Of a DNA stretch of 25,506 nt, positions 1-9,905 are shown in pieces. A program made the translations under genes and the position numbers. Source of the stretch: Candidatus Iainarchaeum sp. GTDB lineage: Archaea; Iainarchaeota; Iainarchaeia; Iainarchaeales; Iainarchaeaceae. Location: contig JAWANB010000004.1 in the NCBI GenBank assembly GCA_038895675.1, forward strand, positions 2,018 to 27,523, read 5' to 3'. A model generated the notes under the pieces. The model worked only from the letters and a program-made list of their open reading frames with translations, had not been told where the DNA came from and made no database searches. Every line of letters begins with the position of its first letter. The stretch's first letter is position 1.

Positions 1-2
1 CG

Positions 3-2201
3 GAGTTTGAATTAGATGCTTCTTTTTCACAATATAAATCTAAAGTATATGATTTAATGAAACAAACGCAAGAAATAGAAAGAATTAGTAAAGAGACTTT
101 TGTGGCTAACTATAATTTTGTTGCTGGAAAGGAAATTTATGGTTTTCCGAGAGTAACAAATTTTAATGAACCTAATGGTATTAATGGCGGAAACCCGCTT
201 TTTGTTGACATAAAAAATCCACTAGGTCCTGATAAAAAGCCTTTCACTCAGGATGATGGTTTAAGGCCTATGCCTTCGTCGCCACTTTGTGGTTCTGGTG
301 AAAATGGAAAAGACATTGGAGCTTTAAGTTGTTTAATACGAGAAGACAAGCCAATCGCGCATATTAGTTTAGACAAGGAAGAAGGTTATGAGCCTTTGAT
401 TGTTTCTTTTGATGCTTCTGGCTCTTACATTCCACAAGGAATTACAGTGCAATACTATTGGGACTTTGGAGACGGGCAAGAAGCCACGGGAATAAAAGTA
501 AACCACGTTTTCAACCAAGACGGAATATACACGGTAACACTAAAAATAACAGACAATAAAGGAAATCAAAGCATTGCAACAAGAACAATAAACGTAAAAA
601 ACACACAATACCCAAACGTCATACTATACTTACCACTAAACGGAAATATTACAGACATATCAGGAAAAAACATACAAACAAACCCAATAGGAACAAACCT
701 AATCTTTGAAAACGGCATCTCAGAACAAGCACTCAGAACAAATCAAAGCACAAGCAGAGGAATAAACATCACACACAACGACATGCTAGACGGCCAAAAC
801 CAAATGAGCTTTACGTTTTGGGCAAAAAAAGACAATATAGAAGAACAAGAAGTGGTAATAATAAAACACACAATATACCAAATACAAATAACCAAAAACG
901 GAATCACTGGCTACCTAAACACTGAAAACAATGGCATATCACTAACAGCAACCACAAACAAAAACTACGACACACAATGGCACCATTACACAATAACTTA
1001 CGACGGAAGCAATGTAAAAGCATATATAGATGGAGAAGAAATACTAAGCAAACCAGCAACAGGAAAAATAAAAATAGATAGAAGCAGACCACTCCAAATA
1101 GGCCTAAACCCATGGGGCGAATCATTCAACGGCCTAATAGACGAAATAATAATTTACGACAAAGCACTAAACCAACAAGAAATAAACAACATAATAACAC
1201 AAAAAACACCAATCAGCGGATTCTACACACTAACCACGACAAAAACAGGGACAGGCAATGGCACAATAACCTCAAATCCACCAGGAATAAATTGTGGTAA
1301 TGATTGCACAGAAAATTACCAACAAAACACTACAATAACACTAACAGCAACACCAGAACAAAACTCTATATTTGACTCATGGACAGGAGCCTGCACAGGA
1401 ACAAACAACGTTTGCACAATAACAATGAACAACAACAAAACAACAATAGCAACTTTCAACACAACCCAACCAAACCAAATACAACTAACAATAACCTCAC
1501 CAACGCCAAACACAGAAATTAGCGGTATGATTAACATTAACGCAGAAACAACAAGCAATAACCCAATTAGTGAAATACGATTCTTTATTGATGCAAACCT
1601 ATTAGGAATTGACAACACAGCACCATACTCTACAACACTAAACACGCATTATTATAGAAATGGTGCGCATGAAATAAAAGCAATTGCAAAAGATAATGCA
1701 GGAAACACGCAAACAACAACAATAATAGTAAAAATCAACAATGCTGATAATGACAATGATGGAGTTTCAAACATTATTGATAAATGCCCTAACACAAGAA
1801 CAGGAATAAAAGTAAACAATTATGGATGCCCATTTCCAATAGTTGACAAGTTTGACATAAAACCAGATTTTAACAACACAGACATAACAACACTGAACGA
1901 ATTAGAAATAGGAATAACAAACAAAGGAAAAATAAGATGGGAAACAACACTAAAACTAACAGCAACAATAAACAACACAGAAGAACCATTAGACCTAAAT
2001 AACGATTTAAACATCAGCAACAACAAAATAAGCTTAAACCAAAACAAGTTAAGAGAACTAAACAAACCAGCAACAATAACACTATACACGACAACACAAA
2101 ACCCAAAAATAATGAAAGACAACAAAGAATGCACACAATGCAGAATAATAGAAAAAACAAGCACATACGTAAAATTCACAGTACCAAACTTTGAAGAATG
2201 A
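3..2201 (+). CDS. Large multidomain surface/secreted protein, 5'-partial: end of beta-helix-type region, PKD, LamG/concanavalin-like, Cys-containing bacterial repeat, Ig-like (Big), TSP3-like repeat, C-terminal domain
   Basis: The frame is open from nt 3 (EFELDASF...) through the ATG at 57, so the start probably lies upstream of the window. PKD motif VSFDASGS...YYWDFGDG...G.YTVTLKITD; LamG QWHHYTITYDG...YIDG...FNGLIDEIIIYDKAL; repeat GTGNGTITSNPPGINCG.DC; DNDNDGVSNIIDKCPNT. Confidence 0.85.
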   Translation, partial: EFELDASFSQYKSKVYDLMKQTQEIERISKETFVANYNFVAGKEIYGFPRVTNFNEPNGINGGNPLFVDIKNPLGPDKKPFTQDDGLRPMPSSPLCGSGENGKDIGALSCLIREDKPIAHISLDKEEGYEPLIVSFDASGSYIPQGITVQYYWDFGDGQEATGIKVNHVFNQDGIYTVTLKITDNKGNQSIATRTINVKNTQYPNVILYLPLNGNITDISGKNIQTNPIGTNLIFENGISEQALRTNQSTSRGINITHNDMLDGQNQMSFTFWAKKDNIEEQEVVIIKHTIYQIQITKNGITGYLNTENNGISLTATTNKNYDTQWHHYTITYDGSNVKAYIDGEEILSKPATGKIKIDRSRPLQIGLNPWGESFNGLIDEIIIYDKALNQQEINNIITQKTPISGFYTLTTTKTGTGNGTITSNPPGINCGNDCTENYQQNTTITLTATPEQNSIFDSWTGACTGTNNVCTITMNNNKTTIATFNTTQPNQIQLTITSPTPNTEISGMININAETTSNNPISEIRFFIDANLLGIDNTAPYSTTLNTHYYRNGAHEIKAIAKDNAGNTQTTTIIVKINNADNDNDGVSNIIDKCPNTRTGIKVNNYGCPFPIVDKFDIKPDFNNTDITTLNELEIGITNKGKIRWETTLKLTATINNTEEPLDLNNDLNISNNKISLNQNKLRELNKPATITLYTTTQNPKIMKDNKECTQCRIIEKTSTYVKFTVPNFEE

Positions 2202-2220
2202 AAAAAACAAGGCAATGCGT

Positions 2221-3201
2221 TTATAAGTCATATTTTTCTTTAAACCATTCTATTGTTTTTTTTAGTCCTTCTTCAAGACCTGTTTTTGCTTCAAAACCTA
2301 TTAGTTTTTTTGCTTTGGTATTATCTGGAACTAAAAATAAAGGTCCTTGACTAAGTTTTTTGTCAAAAACTATTTTGGTTTTTGTTCGTGAAAGTGAAAC
2401 TATTTTTTCTGCCAAGTCTTTTATAGTTGTTTGCTCTTTTGAGGAAATGTTCAACGGATCTATAGAATTATACTTTTCTAACGCTAACAAAATTCCTTCT
2501 ACACAATCTTCAACGTATATAAAACTTCTTTTTGCCTTGCCATTGCCTGAAATTACTATTGGCTTGTTTGTGAAACTTTTTTCTATGAATGAAGCTATTG
2601 CTGTGCTTCTTTCTGAAAAAAAGTTGTCCCTTGGACCATAAATGTTAGATGGTCTAATTATTACTATGTTCAATTCATATTGTTTTGAATAAACTCTTGC
2701 TGCTGCTTCACATGCTCTTTTAGACCAGCCATAGCCAAATTTCGAGTAATGAACATCACCTAAAAATACTTGGTTTTCTTTGATTGGCTTTTTCAAATTG
2801 CTTGGATAAACAAAGGCTGAACTAACTAACAAATATTTTTTTACTTTAGAAAGTCGTGCGGCTTCAAGCAAATTTAATTCAATCAACAAGTTTTCCCTAA
2901 AAATTGTTGCATCACCTTTTTCTTGACTTGGCTTTGAGCCTGAAAAAGCACAATTAATAACAATGTCTTGTCCTTTACACGCGTTTAGGCATTGTTCAAA
3001 GTTTAATAAGTCAACTTCTTTTATGTTAATTTTTTTTAGTTCCGTTTCTGAAAGTCTCTTATTTTTGCTTAAATTTCTTGTAGTTGCAGTTACTATTGCT
3101 CCTAAAGAAGCTAATTTTAAAGACAAGTTACTTCCTAAGAATCCAAGGCCTCCTGCAACAAGAACTTTTTTTTCTTGAAAAAAATTTTTCATACAAATCA
3201 T
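2221..3201 (-). CDS. NAD-dependent epimerase/dehydratase (extended SDR; GDP-fucose synthase / GDP-mannose 3,5-epimerase-like)
   Basis: GGLGFLG Rossmann motif, catalytic YGWSK, RPSNIYGPRDNF, RSFIYVED. ATGA overlap with the upstream GT2 stop. Confidence 0.88.
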   Translation of the reverse strand: MICMKNFFQEKKVLVAGGLGFLGSNLSLKLASLGAIVTATTRNLSKNKRLSETELKKINIKEVDLLNFEQCLNACKGQDIVINCAFSGSKPSQEKGDATIFRENLLIELNLLEAARLSKVKKYLLVSSAFVYPSNLKKPIKENQVFLGDVHYSKFGYGWSKRACEAAARVYSKQYELNIVIIRPSNIYGPRDNFFSERSTAIASFIEKSFTNKPIVISGNGKAKRSFIYVEDCVEGILLALEKYNSIDPLNISSKEQTTIKDLAEKIVSLSRTKTKIVFDKKLSQGPLFLVPDNTKAKKLIGFEAKTGLEEGLKKTIEWFKEKYDL

Positions 3202-4142
3202 TTTTCTGAGTACTTGTTTTTTTTCGCCAAGTAAAGTATTTCTTCTTGTATTTTTCTATTTCTTTTCATTATTTCGGCAACCATTCCTAAAACTATTGCT
3301 TGGAATCCCATTATTAGCAATAACGAAGATAGTATTGCAGAAGGAATATAAGGTGAAACTTCTCCAGTATTAATGAAATGAATCATTACTTTTGATCCTG
3401 AAATAAGCCCAAAAAATATTAGAAAAAAACCTATTAAAGAAAAGGTCCTCAAAGGCCTATAATTTATGTAAGTTTCTATTATTGTTAACCCTACTTTTTT
3501 TCCATAGTCAAATATGTTGCTAATTAGTCTTGACTTGCCTTCTCTTTTTCTAAAGTTAACTGGGACTTCTTTTAACACAAGTTTTTTTTCTATTGCTTCC
3601 ATTATTGTTTCTTGTGTGTAAGTGTAATCCGAATAAACTTTAATTTTCATTGCGGCTTCTTTAGAGAAAGCTCTAAAGCCTGTTTGAGAATCTGTTATTT
3701 TTGTGCCTGTTAGAAAGCTAACGAGTTGTGAAACAATAATGTTTCCAACAAAGTTTTGTAAAGGCATGTACTCTATTTTTCCTAAGAACCTTGAGCCTAA
3801 AACTACGTCTGCTTCGCCATCAATTATTGGTTTTACCAAACTAATCATTTGTTTTTGATCATACTGAAAATCAGCATCAGTATTAACTATTATATCAGCG
3901 CCAGACTCTAAAGCCAAGTTAAGACCTTTTGAAAAAGAATAAGCTAAGCCAAGGTTTTTTTTGTTGCTGTAAACTTTCGCACCCAAAGAAAGGGCCATTT
4001 CTTTAGTCCTGTCAGTAGAGCCATCGTCAATAACTATTACTTCTATTTCTTTTATTCCGCTAATTCTTTTTGGTATTTCTGAAATAACTTTAGCTATAGT
4101 TTTTTCTTCATTATATGCTGGTATTGTAACTACTAATTTCAT
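3198..4142 (-). CDS. Glycosyltransferase family 2 (Dol-P-sugar synthase-like) with C-terminal TM helices
   Basis: IPAYNEE, IDDGSTD, NTDADFQY (DxD), DSQTGFRAF, two C-terminal hydrophobic segments. ATG at 4142 preferred over TTG at 4160. Confidence 0.9.
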   Translation of the reverse strand: MKLVVTIPAYNEEKTIAKVISEIPKRISGIKEIEVIVIDDGSTDRTKEMALSLGAKVYSNKKNLGLAYSFSKGLNLALESGADIIVNTDADFQYDQKQMISLVKPIIDGEADVVLGSRFLGKIEYMPLQNFVGNIIVSQLVSFLTGTKITDSQTGFRAFSKEAAMKIKVYSDYTYTQETIMEAIEKKLVLKEVPVNFRKREGKSRLISNIFDYGKKVGLTIIETYINYRPLRTFSLIGFFLIFFGLISGSKVMIHFINTGEVSPYIPSAILSSLLLIMGFQAIVLGMVAEIMKRNRKIQEEILYLAKKNKYSEK

Positions 4143-4257
4143 GAAAAAAATACTGATCAAAACCTTATAATGCTTGCTCTCTTGACCAATTATTAGGCAA
4201 ACTCGTATTTCTTCTCAAATAAATAAATTTTAAATTGAATGTTGCGAAAAATTTAAC

Positions 4258-5208
4258 ATGAAGGTCCTAATAACAGGAATGGCTGGCTTTATAGGTTCAA
4301 ACCTTGCTAAGCACTTATCTTCAAAAAAAATAGGCGTAATAGGTATTGACAATTTTCATCCTTACTATGATACAAGAATAAAGAAGCATAACTTAGAAAA
4401 AGTACAAAAAAATAGTTTGGTGGAATTCATAGAAGGCGATATAAATGACCAAACTACCTTTCAAAAATTGAAGGGCAAAAATATTACGCACATAGTACAT
4501 TTGGCTGCGAGAGCAGGAGTAAGAAATTCAAGTGAAGAAGCAAAAGAATACTTAAAAACTAACATAATAGGCACTTTGAATGTTTTAGAGTTTGCAAAAG
4601 AAATAAAGGCAAAAAAAGTGGTTTTGGCTTCAACTTCAAGCGTTTATGGAAAGAATCAAGTGCCTTTTAACGAAGAAATGAATACAAATACGCCCATGAG
4701 TATTTATGCTGCTTCAAAAATAGGAATGGAAGCTTTAGCAAACGCATTCAACCATTTGTATGGTTTGCCTATAATCATAACAAGATTTTTTACTGTATAT
4801 GGTCCTGGTGGCAGACCAGACATGGCAGTGTATACTTTTGTAGAAAAAATCTTGAAAGGTAAAGAAATAGAAGTTTATGGTAATGGGGATGAAAAAAGAG
4901 ACTTTACATACGTTGAAGATATTTGTGAAGGCATATTTTTGGCTTTGCAAACAAAAAAAACTTACGGAATATACAACTTAGGGAATTCTGAATCAAGAAC
5001 AATAAACGAATTGATAAGTATAATAGAAAAAAATCTGGGGAAAAAAGCAAAAATACAATATGTTGGAAAGAAAAAAGAAGACGTAGAAATTACTTTAGCA
5101 GATATTTCAAAAGCAAAAGCAGAGTTAGGATATAGCCCAAACACAAGACTTGAAGAAGGAATTACTAAATTCATAGAGTGGTTCAAAAATGAAATTAATG
5201 AGGGATAA
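4258..5208 (+). CDS. UDP-glucuronate 4-epimerase-like SDR (CapI/WcaG type)
   Basis: GMAGFIG, HLAARAGVR, STSSVYG, YAASK, and RFFTVYGPGGRPDMA, which is typical of this subfamily. Confidence 0.88.
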   Translation: MKVLITGMAGFIGSNLAKHLSSKKIGVIGIDNFHPYYDTRIKKHNLEKVQKNSLVEFIEGDINDQTTFQKLKGKNITHIVHLAARAGVRNSSEEAKEYLKTNIIGTLNVLEFAKEIKAKKVVLASTSSVYGKNQVPFNEEMNTNTPMSIYAASKIGMEALANAFNHLYGLPIIITRFFTVYGPGGRPDMAVYTFVEKILKGKEIEVYGNGDEKRDFTYVEDICEGIFLALQTKKTYGIYNLGNSESRTINELISIIEKNLGKKAKIQYVGKKKEDVEITLADISKAKAELGYSPNTRLEEGITKFIEWFKNEINEG

Positions 5209-5210
5209 AA

Positions 5211-5936
5211 TTGGAAATTAGACAAAAAAAATTTTCACTCATCTTGCCTTGTTATAATGAAGAAGCAATATTTGAAGAATCAATACAAGAAATAACTAAA
5301 ACCCTTGATAAAGCAAAAATTGATTATGAAATAATTTTTGTTGAAGACGCAAGCACAGACAATACAAAAAATCTAATAAAAGAAGTACTTAAAAAAAATA
5401 AAAAATTCAAAGCAATATTTCACAAAAAAAATTTAGGCAGAGGCGGTTCAGTAGCTGAAGGAATAAAGGTCGCAAAAGGAAAAATAGTTGGTTTTATAGA
5501 CATTGACCTAGAAGTTTCTCCGAAATACATTCCACAAATGATAGAAAAAATAGATCAAGGTTATGACATAGTTTGTGGAAAAAGATATTATGATTTTAGT
5601 CTACAAAGAATTTTTAGAGACTTTCTTCATACAGCCTACTTGAAAATTGCTGACATGCTCATTTCTTTGCCTGTCTCTGACCCTAATGGGGCTTACAAGT
5701 TTTTTAAAAGAGAAAAAATACTACCAATTATAGACAAAACTTTAGACAAACACTGGTTTTGGGAAACAGAGTTACTAAAAAGAGCCTCTTTAGAAGGCCT
5801 AAAAATAATAGAAGTGCCAGTAAAATATTCTACCAATTACAAAAAAAAGACAACAGTAAAAGTCTTTCAGGATACAATTTATTTCATTAAAAAGCTTTTT
5901 TGGTTTAAGAAAGAACTTGAACGGAGCAAAAAATAA
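5211..5936 (+). CDS. Glycosyltransferase family 2, dolichyl/polyprenyl-phosphate glycosyltransferase-like
   Basis: LPCYNEE, VEDASTD, GFIDIDLE, DKHWFWETELL. TTG start preceded by GAGG. Confidence 0.87.
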   Translation: MEIRQKKFSLILPCYNEEAIFEESIQEITKTLDKAKIDYEIIFVEDASTDNTKNLIKEVLKKNKKFKAIFHKKNLGRGGSVAEGIKVAKGKIVGFIDIDLEVSPKYIPQMIEKIDQGYDIVCGKRYYDFSLQRIFRDFLHTAYLKIADMLISLPVSDPNGAYKFFKREKILPIIDKTLDKHWFWETELLKRASLEGLKIIEVPVKYSTNYKKKTTVKVFQDTIYFIKKLFWFKKELERSKK

Positions 5937-7561
5937 TGGAAAAATTAACACAAAAAATTAACATCTTTGAAGAACGGAAATTAATGCAAATTTTAACTCT
6001 TTTTTCGTTAATTACTATTGTCTCTTTATGGTCGCTTTACTTTTATAGAAATGCATTAATTGTAATCATTATTTCAACAATAATTTTATTAGCTTCTAAA
6101 AATTTGTTTTGCAAACATAAAGACAAAGCAAGCAACAAAGCTATTTCAATAGCCTTGATAATTTCTTTTTTAGCAGCATACCCTTTTCTGCTTTTACACC
6201 CTTTTGTTGAAGCAAGTGCAGACCCAGCAGCACACATAAGCAGTTTAGCAATAAAAGAAACGATGCCGAAAAACTATTTGCCTTTTTCAGAATTAGAGTA
6301 CAGATACCAAATAGGTTTTCCTCTGCTTGCAAAAACCTTTATAGAAATTGTACCATTTATTGAAAGTCAAATAATAGTATGGATTTTAGGAATAATTTTT
6401 GTGTTTTTGTCCTCAATGCTAATATACTTCTTATGTAAAAACATATTCAATTCAGAATTTGCAGGTCTTTTTGGAATATCATTATTTATTGGGTCTAAAA
6501 TAGTTTTCCAAAACACTTATTGGGGTCAATACACTTTTATCATGGCATCGACTTTTTTCCTTGCAACTTTATTGGCAGTAAAAAAAAATAGTAATCTAAA
6601 GTATTTGTTCTTTCCAACAATAATAATAACTCACCCAGGAGTTGCGCTTTACTCGGTTCCTTTTTTTATTGCACATGAACTTTTATCTAAAGAATTTAAG
6701 GAAACATTAAAACTTTTGCTTACTGGCTTTTTAGCAGCACCTACTTTTTGGATAACTTACAGGCATTTCATAGAGAACTTTGGAGCGGAAGAAACTAAAA
6801 AAATCACTATTGAAACACTAAAAGAAACTCTCGTTGCCTTTCCTTTATGGATAGGCTTACTAATATTTTGTCTTACCATTGCGAGCATTTTTTTTATCTT
6901 TACAAAAAAAATGAAGCAAGACAACTTTACAAAAATTTTAGTTTGGTCTTTCTCAATATCGGCAATCTTATCAATAGCACTTGTTTCATCTGGAAGAGTT
7001 TTAGGCGGCAGAATAATAGAGTTGTCAATGTTTTCTGGCTTATTCTTATCAGTCTTTTTCATAATGCAAATAACTAAAAGTTTTGAAAAAAAACAAAACA
7101 AAGAATTTGAAAATAAATTAATAATCGGAATAATCGCAGTTTCCTTAATTTTGTTTTTTTCTTCTTCACAATTAAGTTACTTAGCTAAAGGCTCAAAAAT
7201 AACAAAAGAAGAAATAGAATTTGCGTTTGCTTTCAAAAAGTTTGATCCGGAATACAAAAAAACTTTGTTTTTGTTGGAAAACAACACTAAAATAGCAGAA
7301 GTGTCTAACAAAATTCCTTTTGATGTTCTTACTGGATGGTATCTTTCATATGACAAAAGAATTTCAAGTAATGATCCTAATATTAAAATTGTAAAAGCAA
7401 AACATGAATTGGCAGAAAAAATAAGGTTAGAAAAATGCGTTGAATGCATAAAAGAAGTTGAAGTAGAATACATCGTCACAAAAGAAGATTTTTTTTCAGA
7501 AAGACTCGGCTTAAAAAAAGTTTTTGAGTATAGAGAATACAAAGTATTTTCAAAAAACTAA
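5936..7561 (+). CDS. Polytopic membrane protein, probable GT-C-fold glycosyltransferase
   Basis: More than 10 hydrophobic segments; first-loop D-x-x-x-H (ADPAAH) followed by Y.YQIGF; soluble C-terminal domain. TAATG overlap couples it to the GT2. Confidence 0.6.
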   Translation: MEKLTQKINIFEERKLMQILTLFSLITIVSLWSLYFYRNALIVIIISTIILLASKNLFCKHKDKASNKAISIALIISFLAAYPFLLLHPFVEASADPAAHISSLAIKETMPKNYLPFSELEYRYQIGFPLLAKTFIEIVPFIESQIIVWILGIIFVFLSSMLIYFLCKNIFNSEFAGLFGISLFIGSKIVFQNTYWGQYTFIMASTFFLATLLAVKKNSNLKYLFFPTIIITHPGVALYSVPFFIAHELLSKEFKETLKLLLTGFLAAPTFWITYRHFIENFGAEETKKITIETLKETLVAFPLWIGLLIFCLTIASIFFIFTKKMKQDNFTKILVWSFSISAILSIALVSSGRVLGGRIIELSMFSGLFLSVFFIMQITKSFEKKQNKEFENKLIIGIIAVSLILFFSSSQLSYLAKGSKITKEEIEFAFAFKKFDPEYKKTLFLLENNTKIAEVSNKIPFDVLTGWYLSYDKRISSNDPNIKIVKAKHELAEKIRLEKCVECIKEVEVEYIVTKEDFFSERLGLKKVFEYREYKVFSKN

Positions 7562-7573
7562 AAGGAATTTAGC

Positions 7574-8569
7574 ATGAACAACAAGTTTTTAGCTGTCATA
7601 GGATTAGCTATTTTTTTAATAATTCTTTCAAACGTAGAAATACTCAAAGTTGTCTCAATAATTTACAAAGCAAATTTGGAAATCATTGTAATAGCTTTAA
7701 TAGTCTTTTCTATAATGCTTTTGCTTAAAGGAATAAAATGGAAGTACATACTTGCTACTCAGGAAGTAGAAATAGGAACCTTGAAAGCAACAAAATATTT
7801 TACAATAGGGTTCTTTTTTAGTTCTTTTACACCAGGCAGAATAGGAGACTTTGTAAGAGCAATTTACATAGCAAAAAAAAAGACTTTAACAATAGGTTTA
7901 GCTTCAGTCTTTTTAGACAGACTAATAGACATAGGATTGCTACTTATATTTGCCTTGGCAGGGTTATTAATAATAGCAAAAGAAAAAGCAGAGTTAAATT
8001 TAATAGATTTGATTTTTATAGTTGGAATAATAACAGCGCTTTTCTTTTTACTTATAATACTATTATTAAAAGACAATTACATGAAAGCCTTGCTAAGGCC
8101 TTTTTATTTAATGTTTCTTCCAGACAATGCAAAGAATTTTGTCAGTGAAAAATTTAATGAATTTTTATTAACAATAAAAAAAATTTCAACTAAAAAATTA
8201 GAATTTATCGTTGCAATTTTTTGTGGTGTTATTTTTTGGCTTTTGACAATATTTTTTGCACAATTATTAGCACAATCAATAAACATAAAAATAAGTTATC
8301 AAGAAATGTTAGTGTTATATTCTATAATAGCATTAGCTGATGTAGTACCAATAACTATTTCTGGAATAGGAACAAGAGAAGGTATTACTATTTTATTTTT
8401 CTCTTACTTGAATTTTGAAGCAGAATCGGCAATTGCTTTTTCTTTATTACTTTTTTCAATTTCTTATTTGACCACTGCTTTTATAGGTTATTTGTCTTTG
8501 GTGACAGAACCTATTGACTTTAATGAATGGAAAAAAAAGTTAAGCACTAAAGCAAAAAAGCAAAAATGA
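7574..8569 (+). CDS. Lysylphosphatidylglycerol synthase TM-domain / flippase-like protein (UPF0104)
   Basis: FTPGRIGDFVRA, SVFLDRLID and VPITISGIGTRE are characteristic motifs; about 8 TM segments. Confidence 0.85.
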   Translation: MNNKFLAVIGLAIFLIILSNVEILKVVSIIYKANLEIIVIALIVFSIMLLLKGIKWKYILATQEVEIGTLKATKYFTIGFFFSSFTPGRIGDFVRAIYIAKKKTLTIGLASVFLDRLIDIGLLLIFALAGLLIIAKEKAELNLIDLIFIVGIITALFFLLIILLLKDNYMKALLRPFYLMFLPDNAKNFVSEKFNEFLLTIKKISTKKLEFIVAIFCGVIFWLLTIFFAQLLAQSINIKISYQEMLVLYSIIALADVVPITISGIGTREGITILFFSYLNFEAESAIAFSLLLFSISYLTTAFIGYLSLVTEPIDFNEWKKKLSTKAKKQK

Positions 8570-8584
8570 CAATTTTATTATTTC

Positions 8585-9289
8585 TTATAATAAATTAGAA
8601 ATTAGCCAAACAAAAGGAAACAAAAAAGCTTGATGTAGCAAGTAAATTATCAAAGAATTTTTACCAAGGAAAGAAGTAAAGGTAACAAAAAAATTTTTTT
8701 GTTCACTATAATCAAACAATTTGAATTTTACTGCAATGTTACAAAAAAAAATGCCGAAAAGAAATATTCCTGACCAAGGGATTAAAGGAAAAAAATCAAA
8801 AGTCTGTCTTGGTGCATAAAAAGCTAAAAGCAAAATAGAATTAGTTTCAAAGTAATAAGGAGTAAAAAAAAAGTAAATAAAAAAAACAAAAGAAGCCAGA
8901 GCTAAAGAAAAAAATGGTTTATTAACAACTGGTGCAAAAAGAAAAGAGCAAAAAGCAATTATGTGAAGTATGCCAAAATAAATGAAATATTCTGGAAAAA
9001 AAATTAAAGTGAAAATAGAGATAAAAAAAGCGGCAATAGTTATCTTAGAAGTTCTAAAAAACCACTTGATTGGAAATTGAGATTTGTACTTAGAAAAAGA
9101 AAGTACCATAGAAGACCCTGAAAGAAACAAAAACAAAGAAGCAGTTGTTATTTGAAAGAGACCAAAAAAACCAGAATAAAGGTCAACTTGGATTACATTA
9201 AAATAATTTAAATCCCAAATAAAATGAAAAATAACCATCATACACAAAGCAATGCCTTTCAAAAAATCTATTTGCCAAAGCCTTTTCAT
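8585..9289 (-). CDS. DUF1624 / heparan-alpha-glucosaminide N-acetyltransferase-like membrane protein
   Basis: R...ID.LKGIAL..MVIFH..WDL, IYFGILH.I, DFFPLIPW, LGKNSL.IYLLHQ. Confidence 0.85.
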   Translation of the reverse strand: MKRLWQIDFLKGIALCMMVIFHFIWDLNYFNVIQVDLYSGFFGLFQITTASLFLFLSGSSMVLSFSKYKSQFPIKWFFRTSKITIAAFFISIFTLIFFPEYFIYFGILHIIAFCSFLFAPVVNKPFFSLALASFVFFIYFFFTPYYFETNSILLLAFYAPRQTFDFFPLIPWSGIFLFGIFFCNIAVKFKLFDYSEQKNFFVTFTSFLGKNSLIIYLLHQAFLFPFVWLISNLL

Positions 9290-9317
9290 GAACTAATTAA
9301 AAAAAACAATTAGTTAA

Positions 9318-9671
9318 TTAACCTACCATTTTTCCTTGCAAAGCCGGAAAGTCAAAATCAGGCTTTTTCTTTTCGTTCTTTTTTTGCTCAAATTTTTCTT
9401 TCAATTTTGACCAAACTTTTTTTGCTTTTTGCTCACTAACTATTGCAGTTATTTCATGTTTTGGCACAGGAGCACCGCCTACTGCAACAGGTGAATAATC
9501 CACTAAAACATAATCATTTTCTTTTAGTTCACGAGAAATGTTTTGATTAACTTTGAAAATTATTAGGTTTTCATCCCACATTTCAACCAGGGCTTGAGTT
9601 GTTTGGTCTGAAAACTTTGAGCCTTTTTCTTCTGATGACATTACTTGCAAAACCTTACCTATATGAAACAT
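9318..9671 (-). CDS. Hypothetical small soluble protein (beta-rich core, Lys-rich C-terminal helix)
   Basis: Clean ORF with protein-like composition (HIGKV, EMWDEN, DYVLVDY). ATG at 9671; alternative TTG at 9683. Confidence 0.75.
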   Translation of the reverse strand: MFHIGKVLQVMSSEEKGSKFSDQTTQALVEMWDENLIIFKVNQNISRELKENDYVLVDYSPVAVGGAPVPKHEITAIVSEQKAKKVWSKLKEKFEQKKNEKKKPDFDFPALQGKMVG

Positions 9672-9905
9672 AATAACTACCAATACCTAAAAAAATATAA
9701 ATTAATGTAAAAATCATAAAAAACTACTTGAAAAAAACAAAAGCCTAAAGATCTAAAAAACGGCTATATAAAAATACTTTAAAAATAACAAAAAATTAGA
9801 TGCATAAAAAAAATCCAAGCCAATAACGGCTAACAAACAAAAAAATATTCGGAAGCGAACAAAAACTAAAAAAACTATTTTTTAAAGCGAAACCAAAAGT
9901 TTAAA

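Noticed and set aside
440..2201. DGR variable/template repeat suggested by A-rich, AAC-rich sequence
   Set aside because: No reverse transcriptase and no near-identical repeat pair differing only at adenines was seen in the window.
904..2215. Hydrophobic-looking antisense ORFs (904-1125, 1316-1645, 1820-2215) and the + strand 1112-1300 ORF
   Set aside because: Shadows of the skewed ORF1. An A/C-rich strand yields stop-poor, Val/Leu/Phe-rich reverse frames.
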